This document shows, in pieces, positions 1 to 10,593 of a DNA stretch of 64,000 nt. The DNA is taken from positions 384,001 through 448,000 of the forward strand of contig OZ244960.1 in NCBI GenBank assembly GCA_965222605.1. The letters are read 5' to 3'. Source of the DNA: Candidatus Latescibacterota bacterium (lineage in GTDB: Bacteria; Latescibacterota; UBA2968). Position numbers and translations under genes: made by a program. The notes beneath the pieces are model-generated. The model did not search any database and was not told where the DNA came from. It saw only the letters and a program-made list of their open reading frames with translations. The stretch's first letter is position 1; every line of letters starts with the position of its first letter.

Positions 1-2818
1 CGTTTCGGACCTGCTGTAAGATTGGCTCGAATTGTTGCGATACAGATTCAGGATCATCCGAGTCAAGGTCCGGTATTGTACGTTTATACAGACCTGAAAC
101 ATTTGGAAAAAGTATCTCAAAGTTGTCCATAGAGTCGCGGCAGGCGTGGACATATTTGCTTTTAATCTCTACAATTGTTCCGTTTTCTATGCCCATAGGA
201 CCATCCCGCAAAACGATCTTCTCATCAACCGTTTTTCCAAGAAGTTGTTGCGCTATCTTATGGCCCGGCTGTACCTCGTTACGGTCAGTTTTCACATCCT
301 CTCTATCCTCTATAACATACCACCTGCGTTTACCAGACTCGTCTTCGACACATATCGCTGTGTCAACATCGGCTTGTGTGGCATTTAACCATTCATCATT
401 ATCTTTTTTGTGCCTGGAAAATGCAGCAAAATATTTTAGATGTGCCTGGCTGTCGTCATAGTGTGTTCTCAGGGTCTCATAGAGTAGCTCAATCGTTTTT
501 CTATCGTGTCCTCGTGCGCTATAGATTTCTGCAAGGCGTAAGATATTTTCTAAATCCAGCTTAGATGTGTCAATATCGCTTTGCAAGTACCTATCCACTT
601 CATCAAGGGCTTGTGTTCTGAAATCGAGGGACGCCTTGCGCAACCGCATCAGTTCATTATCAGGATGTACCGCAAGATATCGTTCACATAGGCGGCGACT
701 TTCCGAAAGATTGCCCAATTCTTCTTGAATCCCTGCTGCCAATTCTATTATTTCTGAAGATGGCTCTTTTTGCTGTAGGATGTTCTGGCAAATCTCAAGA
801 GCCTGTCCTAATTCCCCTGTTTGGTAGTAACAGCACAAGAGTTTTTGGGTAAGTGGAGTATACTGGGTCCGATCAGCTATATTTTCGTACAACGCCATAG
901 CATCACTGTATTGCTCCAATTTCTGAAGTTCTTCTGCCACAGCATCCCGTTCACGAATTGATCCAGTATCGAGCGCATAGTTTCTTGCTTCCTGCAACAA
1001 GGAAAGCGCATCTGGTTTCTGCCCCTTTTCGACGAGAATTTTAGCAGCAACAACAAGGTATAAAATATTTGTTGGGTCCTCGGCCAGCATTTTGTTGACA
1101 AGACCTTCTGCATTGTCCAAATCGCCTTTTTCAAGATAGGTGTAAACGAGCGATCGCTTGACCTCCTCAATGAGATTATGACCAGGATCCTGTTCAATGT
1201 AATCTTTCAATATTTTTATAGCATCATCAGACTGTCCAATTCGGCTGTATATATCAGCTAACGGTATAACCACGCCAGGCTGTTTAGAGCTGATTAATTC
1301 CTCAAATAATACTTTTGCTTTTTGAACGTCACCGGACTCGAGTGCAATAATTGCCCTGAATTTCTTATAGACAGGATTCTCTGGGCACAGTTCTATAGCA
1401 ATATCCAGATCTTTTGCTGCCTGTTCGTATTCCTTTTTCAATCTTAAAATTATACCGCGTTGAGCAACCCAGGCGTGCTTAACAAATTTGAGATCTGTAT
1501 CTTTTACTTTTTCCCACGCTTCTGTGAATAATTCGATAATACGATCAATAATTGATTGGGTGTCTTCATCTATTTGCCCGACAATAAAACCTTCCATACC
1601 ATCTGGCAGCATTTCAACGAGTACAAAACCTAATACTATTTTTATTTCAATAACATCTGCCGATTCCCACTCAATTCCCCGCTCGAGCCACTTCTTTGCT
1701 TCCTTTAACTTTCCGTGATGTGCAGCCATCTTTCCTAATTCAAATGCAACTTCTGGAGAGTTGCGGTGAGCTTTGGGAACACAGTCTAAGACCGTTTCAT
1801 AAGGCTGGTCAATTTTGCTCTGCACAAGCATTGAGTACGCTCTACTACTGGCTGGATTACGCTTAAGAACGGTTCGGACAAACTGTTTAGCTTCTTCTCG
1901 CTGCTCAAGTATTATGTGTCCTAGCGCAGCGTTCAGTAATGCCTTTTCATCTTTACTATTATACTGGAGTGCTTCAATGAGACACTTTGCTCCTCCCTGG
2001 ATATCATCAAGAGCTATATTTGATGTCCCAATATTGGTAAGGAGTCGATAACGAGTATTGCTATCCGCTTTGCTCCAAATCCGATCTCTTAAACGATTGA
2101 GAAATTCGAGTGCTACAAGTGGTTTATACTCGTTTATGAGATCACGAGAATCGTTGAGTTCTGCCTCATATTCAGATTTAAGTGCCCCAGAAATAATCGT
2201 TTCTGTCTGGATCCCCCCGTTTTGCTCAATCCGCTGAACACCCTCCGATATTTTATTTTCAGATTCCTGTTGTGCCGTCAATTTCTCTAATATTTGCTCA
2301 TTCTGAGCATTTATTTGCTCAATCTGGGCATTTCCTACCGTGGTAGCATAAAGGTCTGGGTAATATTTTTTTATTAGTTCAGGATATTCAGCAAATTTGT
2401 TTTTGATATCTTCCCAAAACCACACATGAACAGGAAAAAGTCCTTCCTTTTGATGTTGCTGAGTGATCTCTCTTGCTACCTTTTGTATCTTGGCATCGCG
2501 CAATCCTGTTGTTGCCATCACGTATTCTTTGGTTATGGGAGGAGTAAATTTCTTGGCTTTATCTACTTCATCACGCAACTCCTTCTCCGTAAGTGTTTTC
2601 TCTGCACAATTATCTTTTCCTTTGCACTGCACACCAGCCGATTCGCTTCCCCCATCCGGTTGCCCATATACATCAACCCCTGCTTGAGCTTGCCCCTTTC
2701 GCCCATTTTTCTGTGCGTTAAGATCATTCCACAACAATCGCCATAGGTCGCAACACATATCCTCAAATTCTTCCCATGATGCAGGTGGCGGAATTTGTTT
2801 GTTATGTAAGGAACTCAT
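1..2818 (-). CDS. Restriction-endonuclease-like N-terminal domain + TPR repeats + GreA/GreB C-terminal-like domain; continues past the window edge (probable TPR-GreAB-C-PIN family protein)
   Basis: Hand translation from ATG 2818 (AGAGG upstream): MSSLHNKQIPPPASWEEFEDMCCDLW...NGRKGQAQAGVDVY...GVQCK. TPR-like helices such as ADIYSRIGQSDDAIKILKD. Near the edge: AICVEDESGKRRWYVIE...HKIAQQLLGKTVDEKIVL...IVEIKSKYVH. Frame was open at every position spot-checked; its absence from the ORF track fits a frame with no in-window stop. Confidence 0.85.
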   Translation of the reverse strand, partial: MSSLHNKQIPPPASWEEFEDMCCDLWRLLWNDLNAQKNGRKGQAQAGVDVYGQPDGGSESAGVQCKGKDNCAEKTLTEKELRDEVDKAKKFTPPITKEYVMATTGLRDAKIQKVAREITQQHQKEGLFPVHVWFWEDIKNKFAEYPELIKKYYPDLYATTVGNAQIEQINAQNEQILEKLTAQQESENKISEGVQRIEQNGGIQTETIISGALKSEYEAELNDSRDLINEYKPLVALEFLNRLRDRIWSKADSNTRYRLLTNIGTSNIALDDIQGGAKCLIEALQYNSKDEKALLNAALGHIILEQREEAKQFVRTVLKRNPASSRAYSMLVQSKIDQPYETVLDCVPKAHRNSPEVAFELGKMAAHHGKLKEAKKWLERGIEWESADVIEIKIVLGFVLVEMLPDGMEGFIVGQIDEDTQSIIDRIIELFTEAWEKVKDTDLKFVKHAWVAQRGIILRLKKEYEQAAKDLDIAIELCPENPVYKKFRAIIALESGDVQKAKVLFEELISSKQPGVVIPLADIYSRIGQSDDAIKILKDYIEQDPGHNLIEEVKRSLVYTYLEKGDLDNAEGLVNKMLAEDPTNILYLVVAAKILVEKGQKPDALSLLQEARNYALDTGSIRERDAVAEELQKLEQYSDAMALYENIADRTQYTPLTQKLLCCYYQTGELGQALEICQNILQQKEPSSEIIELAAGIQEELGNLSESRRLCERYLAVHPDNELMRLRKASLDFRTQALDEVDRYLQSDIDTSKLDLENILRLAEIYSARGHDRKTIELLYETLRTHYDDSQAHLKYFAAFSRHKKDNDEWLNATQADVDTAICVEDESGKRRWYVIEDREDVKTDRNEVQPGHKIAQQLLGKTVDEKIVLRDGPMGIENGTIVEIKSKYVHACRDSMDNFEILFPNVSGLYKRTIPDLDSDDPESVSQQFEPILQQVRN

Positions 2819-3050
2819 TGACTATGCCTCTATTTTTGGAATTCGGCACCTCTACATCTGTACACTGCTGTGAATTTAAGCTACAAACTCAATATATAGT
2901 ATTTGAAAAATTCTGACAACCATATATTGCGTTCATGTTATTCCTCTATCTTACACTGTCCCATCATATCCGGCTATTATCAATCCGCTACAAATCAATT
3001 ATAGTCACAAAAATACAAATTGCAATAAACAATTTACCACATCTAAGGCA

Positions 3051-3080
3051 AAGGGCGTAAAAACAATGTTTTACGCCCTT
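3051..3080. terminator. Intrinsic terminator-like hairpin downstream of the VOC gene
   Basis: AAGGGCGTAAAA-ACAATG-TTTTACGCCCTT inverted repeat. Confidence 0.65.
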
Positions 3081-3133
3081 TATATAATCAGATATCAATC
3101 AGGGTTAGCTATACCACTTTCACTTCTCATGCT

Positions 3134-3520
3134 CTAAAGCATCTTCTCTTTGCGATGCACCAGTTGCACGCAAACGCCCCAGGGATCGCGCAGCATCGCC
3201 AGTGTATCGCCTGCATCCGTAGGCGTGGGTTCCTGCACAACTGTTGCACCCGCCGCTTTCAAACGCGCAAAATCGGCATCGATATCCTCGGTCGAATATG
3301 CAAAATGCAGTGCCAGATGGTGCATCGAAGCGTAATCTGGCGTCTCCACTTCGGGCTGATGATAAACCTCGTACATCGTCTCCCCCTCCGAATCCGCCAA
3401 AAACGTCATCTTGATGGGCGGCGGCCCCTGGCGCACCACGCGCATACCCAGATTATCGCAATACCATTTTGCAACCACATCGGGATCATCAACCACAAAA
3501 GCAATGTGTTCAATCTTCAT
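3134..3520 (-). CDS. VOC (glyoxalase/bleomycin resistance) family protein
   Basis: IEHIAFVV...WYCDNLGM...HFAYST...MLRDPWGVCVQL. Confidence 0.9.
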   Translation of the reverse strand: MKIEHIAFVVDDPDVVAKWYCDNLGMRVVRQGPPPIKMTFLADSEGETMYEVYHQPEVETPDYASMHHLALHFAYSTEDIDADFARLKAAGATVVQEPTPTDAGDTLAMLRDPWGVCVQLVHRKEKML

Positions 3521-3542
3521 CTCTTTCTCCTTTACTAATGAT

Positions 3543-3568
3543 GGGCAGATAAACCGGGTCTGCCCCTA
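3543..3568 (-). repeat. GTAG-type REP-like palindrome overlapping the stop codon of the ABC ATPase gene
   Basis: Minus strand TAGGGGCAGACCCGGTTTATCTGCCC; a similar element lies at 28804. Confidence 0.5.
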
Positions 3569-4579
3569 ACCCGCCATGCCTTCCAACTGCAATACATCGC
3601 TCAAATGACAGCGCACCGCCTGCCCTGGCGCGATCTCGCGCAATTCGGGAACTTCCTCCTTACATCGATCCTCAACATAAGGGCAACGCGGATGAAACGC
3701 GCAACCCGAAGGCGTATCGCCGGGATCGGCCACCTCGCCAGACAGCAAAACGCGCTTCTTCTTTTGTTTGGGATCAGGATTGGGCACCGCCGACAAGAGT
3801 GCCTCGGTATAGGGATGCGCAGGACTTTGAAAAAGCTGATCAACCGTAGCCAATTCCACAATCTTACCGACATACATCACCGCCACGCGGTCGGAGATAT
3901 GGCGCACCACACCCAAATCGTGTGCGACAAACAGATAGGTCAACCCAAACATCTCTTGCAATTCCTGAAGCAGATTGAGCACCTGCGCCTGCACAGAGAC
4001 ATCCAGCGCGGAAACGGGTTCATCCGCCACGATCAATTTGGGATGCAATGCCAGTGCCCTCGCAATCCCAATGCGCTGCCTCTGTCCCCCGCTAAAAGCG
4101 TGTGGATACCGCCGCAAAAAATGGGGATTCAACCCCACCTGAGCGAGCAATTCCCGCACGCGCACCTCCCGCTCGCGTCGATCTGCAACCCCATTGACCA
4201 GCAACGGTTCACCAATAATATCGAGCACTGTCATACGCGGATTCAAAGAGGCGTAGGGATCTTGAAAAATCATCTGCATATCTCGGCGCAGCGCCTTGAG
4301 CACATCATGGGGTGCCCGTGCAACATCGATCTCCTGCTCATCCCTGCGGAACCACACCTCGCCAGCCGTGGGAGCTATCGCCCGCAAAATCGTGCGCCCA
4401 ACCGTTGTTTTACCCGATCCGCTTTCGCCAACCAGCCCCAGGCACTCGCCTTCAAACAAATCAAAGCTCACGCCATCTACAGCCTTAACCTGACCGACAA
4501 CCGTATTAAAAAAACCGCGCGTAATGGGAAAATGCTTCTTCAGGTCCCGCACCCGCAACAGGGCGTTCTGCTCACGCAT
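3566..4579 (-). CDS. Peptide/nickel-type ABC transporter ATP-binding subunit (DppF/OppF-like)
   Basis: [23 protein letters not shown]-terminal GCAFHPRC; start trimmed to ATG 4579. Confidence 0.93.
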   Translation of the reverse strand: MREQNALLRVRDLKKHFPITRGFFNTVVGQVKAVDGVSFDLFEGECLGLVGESGSGKTTVGRTILRAIAPTAGEVWFRRDEQEIDVARAPHDVLKALRRDMQMIFQDPYASLNPRMTVLDIIGEPLLVNGVADRREREVRVRELLAQVGLNPHFLRRYPHAFSGGQRQRIGIARALALHPKLIVADEPVSALDVSVQAQVLNLLQELQEMFGLTYLFVAHDLGVVRHISDRVAVMYVGKIVELATVDQLFQSPAHPYTEALLSAVPNPDPKQKKKRVLLSGEVADPGDTPSGCAFHPRCPYVEDRCKEEVPELREIAPGQAVRCHLSDVLQLEGMAG

Positions 4580-5579
4580 CGCGCACATCCTCCCCATACA
4601 GCACACACGCAACCGCATGCCCATCTCCAACAACGAGCAATTCCGGTCTTTCGCCCGTATTGCACACCCCGTCCTGCGCCACGTCACATCGGGGATGAAA
4701 AGGACATCCCTGCAATTGCGTATAGGGATCGGGCACAGACCCCCTGATCGTTTGCAACCGCGTCTTTCTCGCCTGGCTCATCCCCGGGATAGATTGCATC
4801 AACGCCTGCGTATAGGGGTGTTTGGGATTTTCAAAAATCTCCTCTGTCGCCGCGTGTTCCACAATGCGCCCCATATACATTACCGCAACCTCATCTGCCA
4901 TTTCTGCGACCACACCCAAATCGTGTGTAATCAGCATAATCGACATCTGAAACTCGTCTTGCAAATCGCGCATCAAATCCAATATCTGCGCCTGAATGGT
5001 GACATCTAATGCCGTCGTAGGTTCATCGGCAATCAACAGTGCCGGGCGGCACGAAAGCGCCATGGCAATCATCACGCGCTGTCGCATCCCACCGCTCATC
5101 TCGTGCGGATATTGTGCAAACCGTCGATCCGCATCTGGGATCCCAACCCGATCCAGCATATTTACGGCGTGTGACCGCGCTTTCTCACCCCGCAAATTGA
5201 GATGCAACCGAATCGCCTCCACAATTTGAAACCCCACCGTATGCACCGGACTCAGCGACGTCATCGGCTCCTGAAAAATCATCGCAATCTCATGCCCGCG
5301 AATCGCGCGGATATCCTCGCCCTCATCGTCCAAATCCGTCAAACAAATCTCGCGGTTGGACCGGTGCAAAACAATCTCACCCGCCACAATTCGCCCGGGC
5401 GATGACACCAGGCGCAAAGCCGAAAAAGCCGTCACGCTCTTCCCGCATCCACTCTCACCTACAATACCCACCGTCTTCCCCCGGGGAATATCCATCGTGA
5501 CGCCATCCACAGCGTGAACCGTTCCCTCATCGAGAAAAAAGTACGTCTTCAAATTATTTATGGTCAGCACCTTATCCAA
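4572..5579 (-). CDS. ABC transporter ATP-binding subunit (DppD/OppD-like)
   Basis: [26 protein letters not shown]; likely TTG start at 5579. Confidence 0.92.
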   Translation of the reverse strand: MDKVLTINNLKTYFFLDEGTVHAVDGVTMDIPRGKTVGIVGESGCGKSVTAFSALRLVSSPGRIVAGEIVLHRSNREICLTDLDDEGEDIRAIRGHEIAMIFQEPMTSLSPVHTVGFQIVEAIRLHLNLRGEKARSHAVNMLDRVGIPDADRRFAQYPHEMSGGMRQRVMIAMALSCRPALLIADEPTTALDVTIQAQILDLMRDLQDEFQMSIMLITHDLGVVAEMADEVAVMYMGRIVEHAATEEIFENPKHPYTQALMQSIPGMSQARKTRLQTIRGSVPDPYTQLQGCPFHPRCDVAQDGVCNTGERPELLVVGDGHAVACVLYGEDVRDA

Positions 5580-5580
5580 A

Positions 5581-6333
5581 TCACACGGCTCCTTTTGCCC
5601 GCGCCATAAACGCCTTCGCACCTTCTTGCAGCCACCCCCCGCTATTTACCAGCATCATCTGCACCCCGGCAGCGGCAAATTTGCCGACATTGTCCGACGA
5701 GGTCATCGTACCCGCTATACGCCCCGACGCGATGATCTTTGCAAGCGCGTAGTCAATCGTCTTTTGTACCACTTTATTTTCCAAATCGCCAATATATCCC
5801 ATCGATGCCCCCAGATCTGAAGGCGCGACAAAAAACACATCGATCTGATCCACAGTCAGAATCTCATCCAAATTCTCCACAGCAATAATATCTTCAATCA
5901 AAATGGTGAGCAACACCTCATCATTGGCCTTTGCAAAATAATCCGCAACCCCATAGCCCTGCCGGCTCGTGAACATACCGCGCTGACCAATGGGCGCAAA
6001 TCGTCCGCCAGCCACGACATTTTCCGCTTCTTCGCGCGTATTCACATGCGGCACCACAATACCCTGCACCCCCCTGTCCAATGTGCGATAAATAAGCGTC
6101 TGATCGTTGCGATTCACGCGCACAATCGACGTCATGCCCCACAAGTCACAGGCGCGTGTGAGATTGCCCAACTCGTCAAAAGTCATCGCACCGTGCTCCC
6201 CCTCAATCCATATCCCATCAAAACCCGCAGGCCCAAATGCGTCGATATCATCTGCGTGCGTAAATCCACCGGCGATATACGCCTGTTCGCCTCGTCGCAA
6301 CTTGCGTTTCGCCCGATTCTGTCGAAGTTCCAT
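5581..6333 (-). CDS. HpcH/HpaI family class II pyruvate aldolase
   Basis: WIEGEHG, IVRV, LDRGVQGIVVPHV, ILIED, FVAPSDL. Confidence 0.9.
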   Translation of the reverse strand: MELRQNRAKRKLRRGEQAYIAGGFTHADDIDAFGPAGFDGIWIEGEHGAMTFDELGNLTRACDLWGMTSIVRVNRNDQTLIYRTLDRGVQGIVVPHVNTREEAENVVAGGRFAPIGQRGMFTSRQGYGVADYFAKANDEVLLTILIEDIIAVENLDEILTVDQIDVFFVAPSDLGASMGYIGDLENKVVQKTIDYALAKIIASGRIAGTMTSSDNVGKFAAAGVQMMLVNSGGWLQEGAKAFMARAKGAV

Positions 6334-6345
6334 AAGTCTAATCCC

Positions 6346-7479
6346 CTAACGTGAATAAGGATCGGCGGCGTCGCGCAGACCGTCGCCGACAAAATTAAAT
6401 GCGAGCACAGTAATAATCACAAAGATCACAGGCGTCAAAAGCCACGGCTGAAAAGCCACAGCCTGAACATTTTGCGCCTCTTTGAGCAACACGCCCCAAC
6501 TCGTCACCGGCGGACGCAGCCCAAGACCGAGAAAACTCAGCGAGGTCTCGCCCAAAATCATACCCGGCACAGCGAGCGTCAAACTCACGATAATATGGCT
6601 CATAAATGAAGGTAGCAAATGCCGCGTCATAATCCGCCAGCGACTCGCGCCGACAATCAGTGCAGCGGTTGCAAAATCCTCTTCTCGCAACGACAAAATT
6701 TTCCCGCGCACCTGCCGCGCCAAACCCGTCCACCCAATAAAGGACAACACAACCGTAATACCCATATAAATCTGCAAGGGCGACCACGACGAAGGCAGAG
6801 CCGCGGCCAGGGCCATCCACAGCGGAATAGACGGAAACGATCTGAGAATCTCGATCCCGCGCTGAATGAGATTGTCGATCCACCCCCCGTAGTATCCAGA
6901 CACCACGCCGATCACCAGACCGAACACAAAACTCAACGTCACCCCCACCAGCCCTATCGTCAGCGAAATGCGCGAACCGTAAATAATCCTCGAAAGCAAA
7001 TCCCGCCCGAGATGATCAGTACCCAAAAGAAAAAGCGTGCCCCCCTCATCAACGCCGAAGAGATGGACATCGGTCTCAAATAATCCCCAGAACCGATAGG
7101 GCGCGCCCCGCACAAACAAACGTATGGCATAGCGCTGTTCTCGATCTATTATGTAGAATTTCCGAAGCGTTTCCGGATGCCGCACGCCTTTAATCCCATA
7201 CACAAACGGCCGGAAATGCATCCCTTCATCCGACACAAAATTCAACCGCTGGGGCGGGGCAAACGCATAGGCAACCTGCATATGATTGAGTGTATAAGGC
7301 GCCAAAAACTCGCAAAATACAGCCACCACATAAAGCGCGACAATAACCAGCCCCGCAGCTATTGCCACGCGGTGCTTGCGAAACTTCCACCACATCAACT
7401 GCCACTGAGACGCGGCATACGCTTCCGTTTCCCCGGTCTGCACATCTCGCTCGACAACTTCTTCCCGTGGCATAGCCAT
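6346..7479 (-). CDS. ABC transporter permease (DppC/OppC-like)
   Basis: LGTDHLGRDLLSR, ETSLSFLGLG, GDGLRDAADP. Confidence 0.93.
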   Translation of the reverse strand: MAMPREEVVERDVQTGETEAYAASQWQLMWWKFRKHRVAIAAGLVIVALYVVAVFCEFLAPYTLNHMQVAYAFAPPQRLNFVSDEGMHFRPFVYGIKGVRHPETLRKFYIIDREQRYAIRLFVRGAPYRFWGLFETDVHLFGVDEGGTLFLLGTDHLGRDLLSRIIYGSRISLTIGLVGVTLSFVFGLVIGVVSGYYGGWIDNLIQRGIEILRSFPSIPLWMALAAALPSSWSPLQIYMGITVVLSFIGWTGLARQVRGKILSLREEDFATAALIVGASRWRIMTRHLLPSFMSHIIVSLTLAVPGMILGETSLSFLGLGLRPPVTSWGVLLKEAQNVQAVAFQPWLLTPVIFVIITVLAFNFVGDGLRDAADPYSR

Positions 7480-8475
7480 CTAATGCTCCCCCTCTTCATA
7501 GCGAATGCGCGGATCGAGCCACAACAACAAAATGTCTGAAATGAGCGTACCGACAAGCGTCAACAGACTCAACATCATCACCATACTGCCAGCCAAATAC
7601 ATATCCTGATTCATAAGCGCGCGCAACAACAGCGGTCCCGTCGTCGGCAAGCCCAACACCACAGACGTAATGGTCGCCCCAGACACAATGCCCGGCAAAA
7701 CCCATCCCACAGTACTGACGAGCGGATTGAGCGCGACGCGCACCGGATACCGCATCAGCAACACCCAGTAGCGCACGCCTTTGGCGCGGGCAGTCATCAC
7801 ATATTGCTTCCGCAATTCATCCAGCAAATTGCCCCGCATCACCCGTATTAATCCCGCCGTTCCAGAAGTACCAATCACAATCACAGGAATCCACAAATGC
7901 CCGAGCAAATCGAGAAATTTGCCAAAAGACCACGCCGCACTCTGATATTCCGGTGAAAATAGACCCCCCGCGCTCACCCCAAATACGGAATACCCAACGT
8001 ACATAAAAACGAGCGCGAGCAAAAAATTGGGCGTCGCAAGCCCGATAAAACCCAGAAACGTAAAACAATAATCCGGCAATGAATACTGCTTTACAGCCGA
8101 ATAAATCCCAACCGGAATCGCCAGCGCCCACGTCACGAGCAGCGTCACAATCGAAATAATAGACGTCAACAAAATGCGTTCGCCAATCAGCTCTGTCACG
8201 GGCCGATTCCACTCAAACGACATCCCCAAATTGCCCTGCGTCATGCCGATCAGCCACCGCCAGTATTGCACCATAAAAGGCTGATCGAGATTGTATCGCG
8301 CCCGCAGTGCCGCAGCCTGCGCCTCATCCACCGTCTCGCCCGTTTCACCCAGCGCAGCAATATACGAGGTGAGATAATCCCCCGGTGGAAGCTGGATAAT
8401 CGAAAACGAAATAAACGAAATAATCACTATTGTGGGAATCATCCACAACAGGCGTTTAATCACCAGAATTAGCAT
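7480..8475 (-). CDS. ABC transporter permease (DppB/OppB-like)
   Basis: LPPGD, GNLGMSF, YVMTARAKG, LDPRIR. Confidence 0.93.
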   Translation of the reverse strand: MLILVIKRLLWMIPTIVIISFISFSIIQLPPGDYLTSYIAALGETGETVDEAQAAALRARYNLDQPFMVQYWRWLIGMTQGNLGMSFEWNRPVTELIGERILLTSIISIVTLLVTWALAIPVGIYSAVKQYSLPDYCFTFLGFIGLATPNFLLALVFMYVGYSVFGVSAGGLFSPEYQSAAWSFGKFLDLLGHLWIPVIVIGTSGTAGLIRVMRGNLLDELRKQYVMTARAKGVRYWVLLMRYPVRVALNPLVSTVGWVLPGIVSGATITSVVLGLPTTGPLLLRALMNQDMYLAGSMVMMLSLLTLVGTLISDILLLWLDPRIRYEEGEH

Positions 8476-8484
8476 CTTTTTTTC

Positions 8485-10581
8485 CTATTCCTCAATCGCG
8501 TAACACTCAACCGCCGTATTCCCGGGCGTGCGAAATGCCCAGCCGGACATCGCAACCTCGGGCACATTGCGAAATGAATTTTTGACCAGATAAAACGAGG
8601 GCAATGCCCCCACCGTACCGATAACCCACAGATTCTTTCGGTTCAAGTCGATAATTTCTCCCATAAGCCTGATCTGTTCGGCTTCATCAATCGTCTTCTC
8701 AATCTCCCAAAACAGCTCAATACATCGCTGAATATCTACAGGAGGTTCTTCGCCGCGTTTTTTCTCCGTGCGATACCACCGCGCATAATCCACTGCATGT
8801 ACAGACTCATCGCTAAATGGAACGAGCCAGCGCGGGTCCAAAACAGCGATCTGCTCATCCGACCCACCCCACACGCCAACATCGTGCAACAAACCCTTTT
8901 TGCGCTCGTAAAACAACTGCCGCGCTTCTTCCTTGACTTCTGATTGCACCCCCACCGCAGTCCAATAACTCGCCACCAGTTCCAAAATGCGATTGTTCAG
9001 AGACGTCGTCTCAATATAGAGCTTAATCGGTTCGCCATCTGCCCGCAATCGCATGCCATCTCTCCCGCGCTTTAGGCCCATCTCGTTGAGCAATTCAGTT
9101 GCGCGTTCGGGATCGTATTCGATATATGCGCGCTCGTAATCCGCGTCGTAAAACGGCGACGATGGCGGCGGACAAACCTGCCTCGGCTTCCCAATCCCAA
9201 AATAATCCGCCTCATTTAATTCATCGCGATTCAGCGCGAGCGACAGGGCTTTTCGAAAGCGGTGATCCCCGATAATTTTCTTCATTTCCGGATCGCGATG
9301 ATTCAAATTCAACGCCAGGATATTTGACCCCGCCGATCCATTAATCCAATGCACAACCCGATAATCGCCCTTCTTTCTCCCCTCCATAAACAGCGGATAA
9401 TTCTGGAACTGAAGATGCCGCCCCTGCATGCCTATTTCTCCGTTGATCGCCTTGAGATTAATGGTCTCAGGACCAAAAATTTCAAAGGTCATGCGGTCGA
9501 TGTACGGCAGTTGATTCCCATCGGGATCGACCTTCCAATAATAGGGATTGCGCTCCAGAACTGCCGGGCGCACAGGCGGTGGCGCAACCACAATCCACGG
9601 CCACAAACGCGGGATATCCGGATTGCGCCAATCGCGCATGTCTTCAAAAAGCTGCTTCCACAAATCAAATCCCGCGGCCTCGCTCATCGCCTCGAGCTTT
9701 TCCAAAGACGTGTACTTCGGATGAAATTGCTTCATATAATGGGCTGGATAGCGCAACATCTCATAACCGCGTCCCGACGCCAACTTCACAATAAACAACC
9801 CATTGGGTTCCAGAAATGTAAACCGCACCGTATAATCATCGACCTTCTCCAATCCCATCACCTGTCCGCCCCGCTTAAAATCGCGCGGCACAACAGGCGT
9901 TATCTCTTCATTTTGCAACACATCCTCATACCAGAAGACCAGATCATCGACCGTAAACGAATGCCCGTCTGACCACCTGACCCCTCGGCGCAAATAAAAT
10001 ATAAAACTACGCCCACCATCGGCAATCTCCCACCACACAGCCAGATTGGGGATCACTTTCTGCGCCATCGCATCCCACCGCACCAGGCCCTCATACGCAA
10101 ACCGGGCTTCGACAATACCCACATCGCGGGGACCCGTGGCAAACCGCGTCCATGTCCCACCATAAGGCCCATGCTGCTGCGGCGGTACAATAACCAGAGG
10201 ATCTTCCGGCAGGCGTTCCGATACAGGCGGCAAATGCCCTTCTCGCACCCGTTGGGCGAGCATAGGCGCTTCGCCAAATTGCTCCCCCGACCACTCGGTC
10301 ACCCGATGCACCGCCCCTGTCGCCTCGGGATGGCGATTGGGAATCTCAACATCCGCCATCGCAGCCTCGAGATCCCGCGTCCCGTCTGCCTGCACCACAG
10401 GCACAACACCATCTTTGGGCGCGCGCACGAGACTGCCCATCATAGCCTCAAATTCCGATGCCTGTCGTATAGCATCCGGATCGCGCGGCGAAAGGTAAAA
10501 CGCGACATATCCCATCCCCTGTACCAGAAGTACAAAACTGGCAAAAACACCTATAAGCGCGATCCACACTTTAATTCCCAT
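8485..10581 (-). CDS. ABC transporter substrate-binding protein, family 5, N-terminally anchored
   Basis: LPPVSERLPEDP, YGGTW, RWSDGHSFTVDD, RNPYYWKVDPDGNQLPYID. Confidence 0.92.
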   Translation of the reverse strand: MGIKVWIALIGVFASFVLLVQGMGYVAFYLSPRDPDAIRQASEFEAMMGSLVRAPKDGVVPVVQADGTRDLEAAMADVEIPNRHPEATGAVHRVTEWSGEQFGEAPMLAQRVREGHLPPVSERLPEDPLVIVPPQQHGPYGGTWTRFATGPRDVGIVEARFAYEGLVRWDAMAQKVIPNLAVWWEIADGGRSFIFYLRRGVRWSDGHSFTVDDLVFWYEDVLQNEEITPVVPRDFKRGGQVMGLEKVDDYTVRFTFLEPNGLFIVKLASGRGYEMLRYPAHYMKQFHPKYTSLEKLEAMSEAAGFDLWKQLFEDMRDWRNPDIPRLWPWIVVAPPPVRPAVLERNPYYWKVDPDGNQLPYIDRMTFEIFGPETINLKAINGEIGMQGRHLQFQNYPLFMEGRKKGDYRVVHWINGSAGSNILALNLNHRDPEMKKIIGDHRFRKALSLALNRDELNEADYFGIGKPRQVCPPPSSPFYDADYERAYIEYDPERATELLNEMGLKRGRDGMRLRADGEPIKLYIETTSLNNRILELVASYWTAVGVQSEVKEEARQLFYERKKGLLHDVGVWGGSDEQIAVLDPRWLVPFSDESVHAVDYARWYRTEKKRGEEPPVDIQRCIELFWEIEKTIDEAEQIRLMGEIIDLNRKNLWVIGTVGALPSFYLVKNSFRNVPEVAMSGWAFRTPGNTAVECYAIEE

Positions 10582-10593
10582 ACTGATAATACC

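Noticed and set aside
123-2766. Many short ORFs in the supplied track
   Set aside because: They lie within or antisense to the long minus-strand frame starting at 2818
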